Shown in pieces: positions 28,297-39,000 of a DNA stretch of 64,000 nt (position 1 is its first letter; each line of letters opens with the position of its first letter). Under the pieces are notes generated by a model, which was not told the origin of the DNA, ran no database searches, and saw only the letters and a program-made list of their open reading frames with translations. This stretch comes from Candidatus Nomurabacteria bacterium (GTDB taxonomy: Bacteria; Patescibacteriota; Minisyncoccia; Phycocordibacterales; UBA9973): the NCBI GenBank assembly GCA_016699085.1, contig CP064958.1:271630-335629 (forward strand), read 5' to 3'. A program made the position numbers and the translations under genes.

Positions 28297-29706
28297 TTAG
28301 TTGAATTGATAGCTCCAAAGTGATCCATCGATTTTGTTGGTGAAATATATAAATTTTTCAGATGGATCAGTAAACAGTTTTGTCATGTCGATCGGGGATT
28401 GATTGATTGTGCTTGGATCGACAAGGTTGGCAAAGATGTTTGTTGTCAGGTTGATTCTCCAAAGTGAATCATCGAAAGCTACTTTGCCTTGGTACCATGC
28501 ATCGGGATATGTTTCGACTGGTAGAGCCTTAGGTATGCCGCAATATAGAACCTGGCTACCTATTCCCCAGGTACATTTTTCAGGTAATGTCGCTAGTCCA
28601 AGATTTGCTGATACGTGGGTTAATACATCATACGAATAGAGGGAGTAACTGCCTGCAATTGTTGCGCCGTAAATAAGTTTTTTTCCGTCAGGGCTCATGA
28701 GAGTGGTTACTCCAGGAACATTGCCAAGTATTTTTGTCATAGTGCCCGTTGTCGCATTGATAGAATACACATAGCCGCCAAGTATACCTGCTGGTTTTGT
28801 TGTTGCGACAATAGTTGAGCTATTTGCATATTGCATGAGCCACTCAGTAAATGCTGAATTCCAAAATTGTGATTTTTTAATACCTGCAAAATCCGTACTT
28901 ATCCCGAGTAGTCCCCCATCTGTTGGAAATGTATAGAATATTTTTGTGCCGTCACTTGATTTTGTCATTTCAGTAATATTTTCTGGCATAAAAGTGCCTT
29001 CAAGTGTATATGGTGTTGTGGCGAGTGGTACTTCCTTTATTTCAAGTAGCTCTTCTTCATTGGAGAGTGTATCGAGTGGAAGTTGGGCTATGAATGTTGC
29101 CATATAGGTCTTGATTTTGCCTGTCGCGTCATCAAGGTAGCGAAGAATAACAGAGGTGCCCGATGCGTCCCATATTGCCTCATGAATTCTCGGAATTGTT
29201 GTATTAGAAATCCTTTTTGTCTGTAAAGAATCGGTATACGTTTCGTAGGCATGTGCCGTCTTGGTTTCAATGTAGCGGATAGCTGTAGCTGGCACAGTGG
29301 TGATAATTGGAGGTGGAACGATCGACAGTGATCCAGGGATACCACCTGAATCGCCTTCAATTGCTGCTGGTGCGACAGGGGTCACAATGGTGCGTGTTGT
29401 TAGAAATGCAATTGCTCCTGCTACAGGTTCGGTTGTGATATGGCGAAGTTTAGGTAGTAGAGGCTCCTCGCCTATTGGTTGAGGTTCTCCAGGGACACTT
29501 CCTGGTGGCATAACGTCATTTGTTGGGGGTAGTGGCGTAGGGTTGTCATTCGTCTTTTGTCCAAATGGGAAAAGGTTTCGTAGTGTTATTTCGATATTGC
29601 TTGGATTTGGATTAGTGTCTGTTTTTTTTATAAAAAATCCAATAGCAATAAATGCAATGAGCAATATTCCCGTGATTAGTATTACTAATTTGAATTTTTT
29701 ATTCAT
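28297..29706 (-). CDS. Membrane-anchored protein with Pro-rich linker and beta-rich (propeller-like) ectodomain. Last gene of the T4SS-like cluster (VirB8-position)
   Basis: N-terminal TM LVILITGILLIAFIAIGFFI, a Pro-rich segment, then a ~350-aa beta-rich domain. The call is by position and topology only. Confidence 0.45.
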   Translation of the reverse strand: MNKKFKLVILITGILLIAFIAIGFFIKKTDTNPNPSNIEITLRNLFPFGQKTNDNPTPLPPTNDVMPPGSVPGEPQPIGEEPLLPKLRHITTEPVAGAIAFLTTRTIVTPVAPAAIEGDSGGIPGSLSIVPPPIITTVPATAIRYIETKTAHAYETYTDSLQTKRISNTTIPRIHEAIWDASGTSVILRYLDDATGKIKTYMATFIAQLPLDTLSNEEELLEIKEVPLATTPYTLEGTFMPENITEMTKSSDGTKIFYTFPTDGGLLGISTDFAGIKKSQFWNSAFTEWLMQYANSSTIVATTKPAGILGGYVYSINATTGTMTKILGNVPGVTTLMSPDGKKLIYGATIAGSYSLYSYDVLTHVSANLGLATLPEKCTWGIGSQVLYCGIPKALPVETYPDAWYQGKVAFDDSLWRINLTTNIFANLVDPSTINQSPIDMTKLFTDPSEKFIYFTNKIDGSLWSYQFN

Positions 29707-29715
29707 AGATATCTA

Positions 29716-31155
29716 TTAGCCGTTGGTGAGGCAAGATTGGTAAATACCATATGCATTTTGGCCATATGCACTCGGTGATGATGCACTGCACATACTGTTA
29801 CCACCATTGTAGGCTGAGAAAGTTTTTGCATAATCGCTTGTACATCCTGGGAGTCCATTGAAATATTTCCAGATTTTAGCACCTTCAGTCAAATTTTTTG
29901 TCATATCCAACATATCAGCTGGGGTAAAACCATCCCGTGTTGGGTAGGTATTCCTACTTTCCCATGATGGTGGATTCGTTGTGTATGTTCCAGAATCATA
30001 CCCAATTGGGAAAAACGTAACTTGTACGAGACCTATGCCATTACTAAATCTCCAATCAAGGCCGAGTCCAGGTGTGTTGGTAATCTCATTTTTGCTTACA
30101 TCATTTTTTTTATTTGGATCACTTGCACCATTAAAGGTTACTCCTTTGTATGTTTTACCTGAGTTTAGGAAAGCTTTGTTGGATTTTGTGCCTTTTACAT
30201 TTGCATCCATGCCTATTTGTCCCGCTTGCCCGCCTTTAGTTTCTACTTGCAAAAGTGTGTGTAATACACAATATGGAATGCCAGTGTTTGTGGCAACGGT
30301 ATGTGCTGCCGCATCAATAGCACCTGGAAGTGGTACAGCATTGCCAGTAATTGATTGGTAGACGGTATCTGGAATGATAATATCTTCGACGGCAATGCTT
30401 TGGGTACTAATCCCAAGGTGTAAGCGAACTAAGTTAGGATTGATGGTGTTAAGTATAAGAAATGCAGCAAGTGCAAGTAGTAGTCCTCCAATGGCATGTC
30501 CAATCATCCCCTTAGCATCTTCTTTTTTAGTAAATGACTCACTTCCCATGTAGGTAATACCGCCTAAGACTATCATAACTACAGCCAGTACTCCCGCAAA
30601 ACCTATAGTAAACTTAACCACAATATTAAGATAATCCCCTAGGCCTGTTGTAGGAGTGACTTTTACTATGTTTGGCAATGGTGCAAGTAGACAATATTCA
30701 CCAGCTCCCTCATTGCACTTTATTATTTCACCGTTTTGCGTTGGTGCTGCAGGCAAGTTAACATCTGCGTCCTGGCCACTCACTGCTCCTTTCGCAGTGT
30801 CTGGCGTTTTAAACTGCTTTAAGTCACTGACGGGTTCCTGGTTGCTAGCATTATATAATTCAAAGTAATAGGTTGTATTTGGTAGTACCCCATCAATTTT
30901 TCCGGTAAACGTATTGTCGCTCAACGGCGTAATAGTTTGCCCAGTTTTATCAAGTGACGAGGTACTGGTGCCGTACTTCACCTGCATAACTAGATTTTGA
31001 TATTCAAATACTTCCCCATTGAAACTAAAAGAAGTTGGAGTTGCTTCTGTAATGCTGTAGATGATTACTTGCTGGTCTGCATGGAGTAACCCATGAGGCA
31101 TGAGTATTGCAACAATGAGTGAAAAGAAGAATATAATTCGTTGTATTTTTTGCAT
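29716..31155 (-). CDS. Secreted FN3-like domain + VirB2/TrbC-like pilin TM hairpin + C-terminal SLT-like lytic transglycosylase (fusion)
   Basis: Signal peptide, then TTYYFELY (FN3-like). A two-helix hydrophobic hairpin FAGVLAVVMIVLGGITYMGSE...GHAIGGLLLALAAFLILNT follows. The C-terminus has LLQVETKGGQ...GIGLVQV...AYNGG, which resembles the SLT E-S/GLMQ/AYNxG motifs with Thr in place of Ser. Confidence 0.45.
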   Translation of the reverse strand: MQKIQRIIFFFSLIVAILMPHGLLHADQQVIIYSITEATPTSFSFNGEVFEYQNLVMQVKYGTSTSSLDKTGQTITPLSDNTFTGKIDGVLPNTTYYFELYNASNQEPVSDLKQFKTPDTAKGAVSGQDADVNLPAAPTQNGEIIKCNEGAGEYCLLAPLPNIVKVTPTTGLGDYLNIVVKFTIGFAGVLAVVMIVLGGITYMGSESFTKKEDAKGMIGHAIGGLLLALAAFLILNTINPNLVRLHLGISTQSIAVEDIIIPDTVYQSITGNAVPLPGAIDAAAHTVATNTGIPYCVLHTLLQVETKGGQAGQIGMDANVKGTKSNKAFLNSGKTYKGVTFNGASDPNKKNDVSKNEITNTPGLGLDWRFSNGIGLVQVTFFPIGYDSGTYTTNPPSWESRNTYPTRDGFTPADMLDMTKNLTEGAKIWKYFNGLPGCTSDYAKTFSAYNGGNSMCSASSPSAYGQNAYGIYQSCLTNG

Positions 31156-31156
31156 A

Positions 31157-32131
31157 TTATTCTAAATTAACGATTACTGACTTTTCTGCTGATTGAAAGA
31201 GTCGTGAAATACTTGCAATCGATACGGCAATCGATGCGCTTCCTGCAATACCTTCTGGTTTCTTGATGACAAGCCAATTCTTTTTGCTTGGTGTTGCTAT
31301 GTTCTGCTCATTTAATTTCCAGCTGTATTTTAGATCACTGCTTACTGGATCAAGTGGTGAAAAAAAGTATGGCTCTGCAACAATGGTCGCCTCGCTACTT
31401 TCTAGACTAAATATGTTGCCAAGCTCATGGCTGTACAATATCCCTTCGAGCGGATTATAAACATAAAAAAGAATCTGTGGTTTACCGGTTGTAAGTGTGA
31501 TACTCTGTGTTCCTGTTGCTCCGGAGCTTACGTCGGTTGCTTTGACACTTATCTGCTCTTTGGCATTTAGGTAGCTCGTTTGAAACAAAAAGCTATTTTT
31601 GCTATAGCCAGAAAAATCTGGGTATGCGTTAAAATTTCTTTGCCACGCAAATGTCATGCTCGTAGGACTTGCAATAGTGCCAGCTTTTACTTGTGGCATA
31701 GCAACAACTTTGATTACTGACTGGGATGATGGCATTGCTTTGCCTTTATAAAATGGTGGTACATGCGAATCAACGGCTTGCCAAAGAAGATCGATCGAGG
31801 ACGGGACTATCAGAACACTTTTTGTTATTGATGAGCCATCAACTGAAATGATTGCTTCAACGGTGACTGATGTTCCGACACTGTCAGTTTTTACTTGATA
31901 GCTTATTGCTCCCGTTTTATTGAGTCCAATTTTGCCATTTACCTTCCAAGTAATGTCTGCGCGGCTTAAATCAATAGCAAAACTAGTTAATTTTATGGTG
32001 ACAATTTGATCAGGCCCTGGAATTTCTGGTACTGTCGATACACTGACATCGCTTTGTACTAGTTCTGCGTGTGCGACCACAGTTAATCCGAAATATATCG
32101 AAATAATGAGGAGGATAAAAGCTTTTTTCAT
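31157..32131 (-). CDS. Secreted beta-rich protein of T4SS-like cluster
   Basis: Signal peptide MKKAFILLIISIYFGLTVVAHA. No motif recognised. Confidence 0.5.
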   Translation of the reverse strand: MKKAFILLIISIYFGLTVVAHAELVQSDVSVSTVPEIPGPDQIVTIKLTSFAIDLSRADITWKVNGKIGLNKTGAISYQVKTDSVGTSVTVEAIISVDGSSITKSVLIVPSSIDLLWQAVDSHVPPFYKGKAMPSSQSVIKVVAMPQVKAGTIASPTSMTFAWQRNFNAYPDFSGYSKNSFLFQTSYLNAKEQISVKATDVSSGATGTQSITLTTGKPQILFYVYNPLEGILYSHELGNIFSLESSEATIVAEPYFFSPLDPVSSDLKYSWKLNEQNIATPSKKNWLVIKKPEGIAGSASIAVSIASISRLFQSAEKSVIVNLE

Positions 32132-32197
32132 TGCTTAAAGTATAGCATAGGAGCATAAAACGTAAATCACATTCCTATTGAAATCAGTGCAACTTTT

Positions 32198-34033
32198 TTA
32201 CGCACTATCCTTTTCACTTGCTTCTAGTTCCTTTTTTGCTTTTTGTATGGCAAGGACTTGCGAAGGATCAGAGGTGATAATTTGATCTTCGGTATAGGAA
32301 GCAATCGTCTTAATCGCTACATGTTTGAGTCCTGCAAAGAATATGCCTTCACCGACACCGGATTCGAGGAGAAGATATTTCTCTTCGTCAGTAAGATTAA
32401 AGGTTTTTTGTAGTAAATCGATTGACGATGGGGACTGTTTCAGAAGAAATTGGATTGAAGAGTTCGTCACAATCGGTATACCATAGGGACTTTTCATGAA
32501 GTCTGCAACGTCTTGGGTAATTGTAGCAAGTCCTAGGTAGTACTTACGGCCACGTTTTGCAATCGAGTAGAGAAACGATGCTGTATCTTCTGATTTCATC
32601 ATCCACCAGGCTTCATCAACGACGAGGAGGCGTTTCCTTAAGTTTTTACGAACGGAGTTCCATATATAGTGGGTCACGATGTACATGGCAACAGGTTTAA
32701 GCTCGTCTTCCATGTCACGGACAGAAAAAACGACGAATTTTTTGTTGATATCTACATTTGATGGTTTGTTGATGAATCCTGCCCATGAACCGCGGGTATA
32801 CTTGGTAAGCTTTTGTATGATTGACTCAGTTCCCTCCATACCAGAGAGCACCATTTCAAAATCAGACATGAGCGGTGGCTCAATATTTGAGAAATCAGAA
32901 TTTGGAGTGATATCTTTGATGCCGTACGTTTCAGTAATCGCTCGATCAATAATAGAATCTTCTTCAGGTGTGAGGCCGCCTAGCATGATGCGGAATAGTC
33001 CGACTAAGTTGATCGTATTTGATCTGAGCACATCTGCTGCTGTCTCATCATCGTGTGGAATCGGTAAATCAAAAGGATTGATGTGGTGATCAGATGATAG
33101 TGAAATATTAAAGTATCGTCCTCCGACTGCTTCAGCCAGATATTCATACTCGCGCTCCGGATCAATAACGATTACTTCTGTATCAAACATGAGTGTACGG
33201 ATGATTTCGAGTTTGGTTGCATATGATTTACCTGAACCTGATTTGGCAAAGGTAATGGAGTTGTAGTTTTCGAGAGAGAAACGGTCAAAGATAACCAAGC
33301 TTGAATTGTGGCGGTTGATACCATAGAGAATACCTTTGTCTGAGGTCAAGTCAAAAGAAACAAAGGGGAAAATTGAAGATAGAGGCTCAGAATTAAGCTT
33401 CTGGTGTACATTGAGGAGGTCAGTGCCAATCGGTATAACACTCTTGAATCCTTCTTCTTGCTGGAAAAGTGCTGGTTTCAAATACACGAGCTTAGCATCG
33501 AGTATTGATTTGATTTCATTTTCAATTTTAAAAAGCTCATTTTCATTGTCGGCATACATAGTGAGGTACAGTCCAACATCAAACATTTTCTCCTGTGCTT
33601 GCTGTAGATTATCCCGGAGCGTTTCAATATCGCGATAGGCAGTATCGAGCATTGGGTCGCGCACCAAACCGCGCGATTCGCGCATATTGATCTGGCTCTG
33701 CACTTCTGCAACTTTCTTTTGAAATTGTCGCAAAATTGTCGCAGTATCAATCGGATGAATAAAGATTGAAACATCAAAAATCTTGTCGAGGTTGATAATC
33801 GGCGCAAACCAGTTGTCAGTCAAATACCTTGGATACGAAATCACGAAGAAAGTTCGGGCAATCTTATCTCCTAGATGTAGTGCTTTTGGCTCAACTTGTA
33901 GTGCTGATGGTGCAATAATATCCTGTAGCTCAAGTGTTGCGGCCTCGTATATTTCTTGTGGCAAAACAGGCAACACTTGCTTGTCGCTCCCGCTTCCCTT
34001 TTTTGATTTTCCTAAAAGTCCAAAAAGTGCCAT
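32198..34033 (-). CDS. virB4: VirB4/TrbE/CagE-family type IV secretion ATPase (C-terminal 611-aa portion)
   Basis: Walker A FAKSGSGKSYATK, then IDPEREY, a Walker B LLVVDEAWWMM (the DEAW signature) and GLATITQDVADF. The N-terminus contains the Gram-positive VirB4 NTD segment ARTFFVISYPRYL. Confidence 0.85.
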   Translation of the reverse strand: MALFGLLGKSKKGSGSDKQVLPVLPQEIYEAATLELQDIIAPSALQVEPKALHLGDKIARTFFVISYPRYLTDNWFAPIINLDKIFDVSIFIHPIDTATILRQFQKKVAEVQSQINMRESRGLVRDPMLDTAYRDIETLRDNLQQAQEKMFDVGLYLTMYADNENELFKIENEIKSILDAKLVYLKPALFQQEEGFKSVIPIGTDLLNVHQKLNSEPLSSIFPFVSFDLTSDKGILYGINRHNSSLVIFDRFSLENYNSITFAKSGSGKSYATKLEIIRTLMFDTEVIVIDPEREYEYLAEAVGGRYFNISLSSDHHINPFDLPIPHDDETAADVLRSNTINLVGLFRIMLGGLTPEEDSIIDRAITETYGIKDITPNSDFSNIEPPLMSDFEMVLSGMEGTESIIQKLTKYTRGSWAGFINKPSNVDINKKFVVFSVRDMEDELKPVAMYIVTHYIWNSVRKNLRKRLLVVDEAWWMMKSEDTASFLYSIAKRGRKYYLGLATITQDVADFMKSPYGIPIVTNSSIQFLLKQSPSSIDLLQKTFNLTDEEKYLLLESGVGEGIFFAGLKHVAIKTIASYTEDQIITSDPSQVLAIQKAKKELEASEKDSA

Positions 34034-34036
34034 ATA

Positions 34037-34705
34037 TTATTCTAGTTTAATATTTTGCTCTGTCTCGCCTGGATTAAATATCTTATAAAAAAGTTCAATA
34101 ATCTCTTCGGTTCCAAGTTGGGTGCTTCGAATACCACATCGGTTAAGCCCTTGTTGGATGACAGCAATGCGCTCTTCGAGTTGTGAACGTTTCTCTTCAA
34201 AAGCTGCCAATGCATCTTCTTTTGCTTCTTTTGATGATTTATTAAAGCCGGTGAACATTTGGGTAATGCCGCCAGTATTACCTATCGTAGTTGCTGAATA
34301 CGGGATAACGATAAAGAAGTTCTTTGTCATGATGTTTACCTGCTCAGTAAAGCTTTTGATGAATTCGATGTATTCTTTTGTCTGTACCTTAAGGAGTGGC
34401 TCTAACTGCTCCTTCATTCTGTTTTCAAGAGTTACAAGGTATGGCTGAATATTTAATCGTCGTGATTGGATAATAATCTGAGTTGAAAATTCAATCGAAT
34501 TCAAGAAATTTTGAAATTGCAGAAGAATCGCGTGCTGTTCATCAGCTGACTTGAGTGACAGATTGATTGATGAAGCTATAACAACAGCTCGTAAGCCGCC
34601 ATCTTTAAGTACGATGATGCCGTCGCGAACTTCTTTGATTGGCACAAACCCTTGGGTGGCCTTCGCATTGATTGCCATATGGGACAGTATACCATCCCCG
34701 CGCAT
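34037..34705 (-). CDS. VirB4 N-terminal domain encoded as a separate 222-aa ORF
   Basis: VPIKEVRDGIIVLKDGGLRAVVIASSINLSLKSADEQHAILLQFQNFL matches the N-terminal segment of Gram-positive VirB4/PrgJ-type proteins. The ORF stops 3 nt before the ATG of the 611-aa ORF, which lies in a different frame. Confidence 0.55.
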   Translation of the reverse strand: MRGDGILSHMAINAKATQGFVPIKEVRDGIIVLKDGGLRAVVIASSINLSLKSADEQHAILLQFQNFLNSIEFSTQIIIQSRRLNIQPYLVTLENRMKEQLEPLLKVQTKEYIEFIKSFTEQVNIMTKNFFIVIPYSATTIGNTGGITQMFTGFNKSSKEAKEDALAAFEEKRSQLEERIAVIQQGLNRCGIRSTQLGTEEIIELFYKIFNPGETEQNIKLE

Positions 34706-34713
34706 GGATATTG

Positions 34714-35163
34714 TTATTTTTTGTTGATATCAAGCACATCCAAGCTCCAAGAAATCTCTTTGAGCTTGCTGCCGGAGAGTCTTGGGATAACTGAGGTTGG
34801 CAATTCAGTGTCTTTTTTCTCGACAATTTTCTTTTTCGGTTCACGTTTCCAAATGTAGAGTTTTGACTGGAAAAAATATCGTAAACTATTTTCAAGTACG
34901 AATATAAATGGCTTATTATTCACCTTATAGAACGCAAGGGCGAGTGCTAGTCCGCCTATCGGTGCAATAAAAAGTACAGCAAAGAAAAATGGCAATAGCC
35001 TATACGCAATAAAGCAAAGTCCTGCCCCACCTGCGAGGTAGACGAATTGTCTGAAGGTAAATGGCCCGAATATCTTGTCTTCTATATCAATAAATTGTGG
35101 AACTTGGAATCGCATATAGGTATTATATAGCTTCTCGGTATAAATCTTTTTGTTTATCTGCAC
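34714..35163 (-). CDS. Small 2-TM membrane protein, VirB3/PrgI-like by position and topology
   Basis: IFGPFTFRQFVYLAGGAGLCFIAYRLLPFFFAVLFIAPIGGLALALAF. It lies immediately upstream of VirB4, as prgI/virB3 does. The start may be the internal Met (35115), which would avoid overlap. Confidence 0.4.
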   Translation of the reverse strand: MQINKKIYTEKLYNTYMRFQVPQFIDIEDKIFGPFTFRQFVYLAGGAGLCFIAYRLLPFFFAVLFIAPIGGLALALAFYKVNNKPFIFVLENSLRYFFQSKLYIWKREPKKKIVEKKDTELPTSVIPRLSGSKLKEISWSLDVLDINKK

Positions 35164-36013
35164 TACCTGTTACTTGAGGTAATGTGTAATTGCTTTCTTG
35201 CTTTGGAATCTTAAATGTCGTCTGTAATTTTTGAGCGACAACATTACCTTGAGGTGCTGGGACTGGTGTCGGGGTAGCTGTTGATGGTGCAGTAGATTCT
35301 GGTTGGTTTTTAGGCATGCCCACAAATTGCTGTGGCACTGGCATATCTTGGAGTTTTACTGTAGGCGGAATGATTTTTGGTGTTTGGATAGCACTAGCTA
35401 TACCTACATTAGCAGGCTTTTGTAGTGGATGAGGCATCGATGTGTCGTTTCTGATTGGATTCTCGAGTGACTTTATAAGTGCATCTCGAGTCAATGCTTG
35501 AGCGTCGGTAGTATCTAATGCGTCACTAATAGCGGTCTCTCTCGGTTTGATGAGTTCAATCTTTGCGTCTTTTAGAATATTTGTGGTGTTTTTCTCTTGA
35601 GTTGGGCTATCAAGATCAACAGAAATTATTTCTTTAGGAATTACATCTTGTTGTATAGTTTCAACTACTTCTTCATCCTCAATTGGTCTATTTAATTCTT
35701 CGATCTCCTGCATCTTTTGACGAACTGGAGCAAATATTTTTTCATTGAGATCACTAATCAAAAGCGGTGTTTGGATAACAGAAAGTCCCATTTCTTGCGT
35801 GATCTCTTGTGAGAATTCTTGAGGATTAAGAAGACCTATAAATACAAGTGGAATCAAGCCATCAAGTATTCCAATTTTATCTATATGAAGATTATATTTC
35901 TTCCCTAATTCTTGAGTAATTTGATCAATTTTTATGCGAGAAGTAGCTTGCATAAGTTCAGTTGGTGCATTCTCGAAAGCTTTTTTGATTTCTTCTGGTG
36001 AAATATTTTTCAT
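35123..36013 (-). CDS. Bitopic membrane protein with Pro-rich C-terminal region (T4SS-like cluster)
   Basis: Cytoplasmic N-domain, one TM (IGILDGLIPLVFIGLL) and a P/Q/T-rich extracytoplasmic tail. Confidence 0.45.
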   Translation of the reverse strand: MKNISPEEIKKAFENAPTELMQATSRIKIDQITQELGKKYNLHIDKIGILDGLIPLVFIGLLNPQEFSQEITQEMGLSVIQTPLLISDLNEKIFAPVRQKMQEIEELNRPIEDEEVVETIQQDVIPKEIISVDLDSPTQEKNTTNILKDAKIELIKPRETAISDALDTTDAQALTRDALIKSLENPIRNDTSMPHPLQKPANVGIASAIQTPKIIPPTVKLQDMPVPQQFVGMPKNQPESTAPSTATPTPVPAPQGNVVAQKLQTTFKIPKQESNYTLPQVTGSADKQKDLYREAI

Positions 36014-36020
36014 TGTTCTA

Positions 36021-39000
36021 TTAGCTATTTAGTTTATCATTAGCGTCCCTTGTTTTTTGCTCAACAGTATCTTTTTTAGCAAATACTTCTTTATACATTT
36101 TAATATCTTCCTTTGCCTTCTCTATATTCATGTGGGCCTTAGCAATCTCAATTGGATTTTTTGAAGCTTCAGCTATGGTTAGATTTGCCTGTGCGGTTGC
36201 AAGGTCTTTTTGCCTGTACTCAACTACTTGTTTAATATGACTTTCATCTACTACTGGAGGACGAACACCTGTTTCAAATTCAATATTATCAGCAATGTCT
36301 TTCAAATGATCATTAACTTCTGCCATTTCTCGAGCGGCCTTATCAAGTGTTTGTTGTGCACGTCGTCTCTCTGTAATACTAATTGGTTTCTGTGCGTCCT
36401 TTGTTTCTTCGCCAGCTTGTTTACGCAATGAGGATATCGTTGCTTTCTCAGTTGCATTTAAGTTACGTTTTGAAATTGTTTCAGCTTCTCTCCACTTTTC
36501 TTCACTAAATGCTGCTGTTCGACTTCCAGCTGCTACACCAGCTGCTATTTCTTCGGCAACTTGCTGTTCGTTTGCAGTTCTAGCAGCATTTTTAGCACTG
36601 ACATAGCCTGGTCCATATTCGATAGTATCTGCAGAATCACGCATGCGCTGAGCATTAACTTCTGCGGCTGATTGTACTTTTGCGCCACCACCATTTCCGT
36701 TGTGGGTAATATTGCCATCTTTGTCATAAATAGTTGCCATCTGTTTTTCATATAATTTTTTGAAATCTGCTTCCTTAAATTTATCACCCAGTGCAGCTCG
36801 AGCATTTTCTTTGTCTGTCTCATATCTTTCTTGCCAATCTTTTGCTTTTTTATTTTGCTGGTCAGCTTCATACCCTGACATCTTGTAAGTTTCTGCTTCT
36901 TTCATGCGAGCGTCCTTCTTGCGTTCAGTAGCACCTTTTGCTCCACCTTCAGTAGATAGATCAATTCTGCCAGTGCCAAGTGTTAAATTAGCTGCGCCCT
37001 GAGCAAATCCGCCAAGGCCAGATGAAGCTTTGGTATCCCAGCCAGTTTGTTTCGCAAAACCTTCGCCAGCTTTTGTCTTTCTGAAATCAAAACTACTTGC
37101 TGCCATTGAATTTGAAATTGTAAGTTGTCGTTGTGCCCACTTATCCCCTTCAGCCGCACGTCGTTGTAGATCAGGATCTTTTGCCCTTGCGGCTGCGACT
37201 GCTCCGAGTGTTGATCGTAGTCCAAGTGCTGCTCCACCTGTTGCAACGCCAACCGCGGCGCCGCCAACTTTGTTCATAACTGCAAGCGATGCTGCCCCAA
37301 TGTCACCAGAAAGTTTGACTGCCATATCAACCGCTGTTTTTATCAAGAAATATATAATCGCAAACGGTATGATGAGGCCGATAAGTCCTTGGATATTACT
37401 TTCGAGACTGCCGCCAGTTGGACTGTTACTTGCTGCGATTGGTAGTAGCTTAAGATCAGTCGCCATAATGATGATATAAAGGAAAAAGAGGAATATTGGT
37501 GCCATAAATGCCTGAGATACTAGTTCGTGCCACCAGTTTGTCCAACCAATTTTCATCCAACCTTTCATCGACGGCACGATCCATGATACGAACGCAAACG
37601 GAGATAGTATCATTGAAACCATCAGCCCTATGACACGGCCGAGAAACAGTACAGCAACCTTGAGAAACATGAGGAACATAAATATATTGATTGCAATAGC
37701 AATGAGTAGCACAAAGAAGAACCAGCCAGTGTTTGCGTTTGCGTCGATATCGCTTGTTTTGAATATTTTCTGTGGATTAAATTTAGAAACAAGTCCAAGG
37801 GTTATACTCTTCTCGCCACCCACTGAAGAGCTTTGTCCGGTCACATTTACTGAGTCGTACATGATCCGAGCGAGGATATTTGACGTGTCGATAATAATTT
37901 TGGTAAAAAATAAGCTGAAGTTGATAAGGAGCGCCACAACGACGAGCGAGGCGATCATTTTCTTGGCATCGACACCACTGATTCGTAGAATAGTGCCGAT
38001 AGCAATATAGAGCAGTACGAATATGAAAAGAATATTTGAAATATCACGAACAATGCGCCAGCCTTGAGGTACGAATTCTGTAGCGGTGTAACTTGAGCTT
38101 TGTAGGGAGAAATGTAAGAACCAATCAAGGAATCCAGCAGCAAGTCTCGCAAGTGCAGCTGTTGGAATGTATAAGACGTAATACACCAGCTGAGTAAAAC
38201 ACCCGAGCATGTTGATTGCTGCCCTGCCTGATGTCAGACTGAAATCTAGACAGTATGGCAAATTACCAGGATTGCCTGTGTCCGTTGAGCCTTCGACTAT
38301 GTTTTGGCCCCCTGTTGGACTTGTTGTTACCTCAGGAGAGCCAGCTGGCAGAGTTTTGAAGGGCGCAATTTTTTCCTCATCATCACTAAGGGCGCTCAAG
38401 GTGTCATTACTAAGCTCACCAATACAATTACGAATTAGCGGGATAACTGAACAAGTCTCCTCAAGTCTCCCTTGACTTACATATTGGGTATCTGGCTTTA
38501 AACCCGTAACAGTAATGTTGATTGTTTGAGTGCCAAGAAAAATGTCTGGAATAACGACAATGCTCTGTCCAATATTTTGATCGAAAGTAATTCCTGGAAT
38601 GGGCTTTCCTGCACGGTCTAGAATTTTACCATTGATAACTTCTTCGTCGGAGAGGGTCGCTGCTTCCTTTTTGGCCATAGTACCCAGATTGTCCTCATTT
38701 GTAGCAATATCTAAATAGACACCGCAGCCATACCCATTACATTCGAGTGGATCATAGGATCCTAGTGCCCCACCATTGCCTGGGATTTCTTCATTGCCTT
38801 GAGACGAATTGGATTGTCCAGAAAGTACTTCGTAAATAGGATTACCGTCTTGCCCTTCGATGTATGTCCATCCAGTAATTCCATTGGTGCTTCCATTAGG
38901 AGGAATTCTTCCTTTATAAATATCATGACCAATATTGCCGTCATTACCGCCATTAACTTGTAACTGGAATTGAAGTACAGCTGTTGTTGCTCCGACGCTT

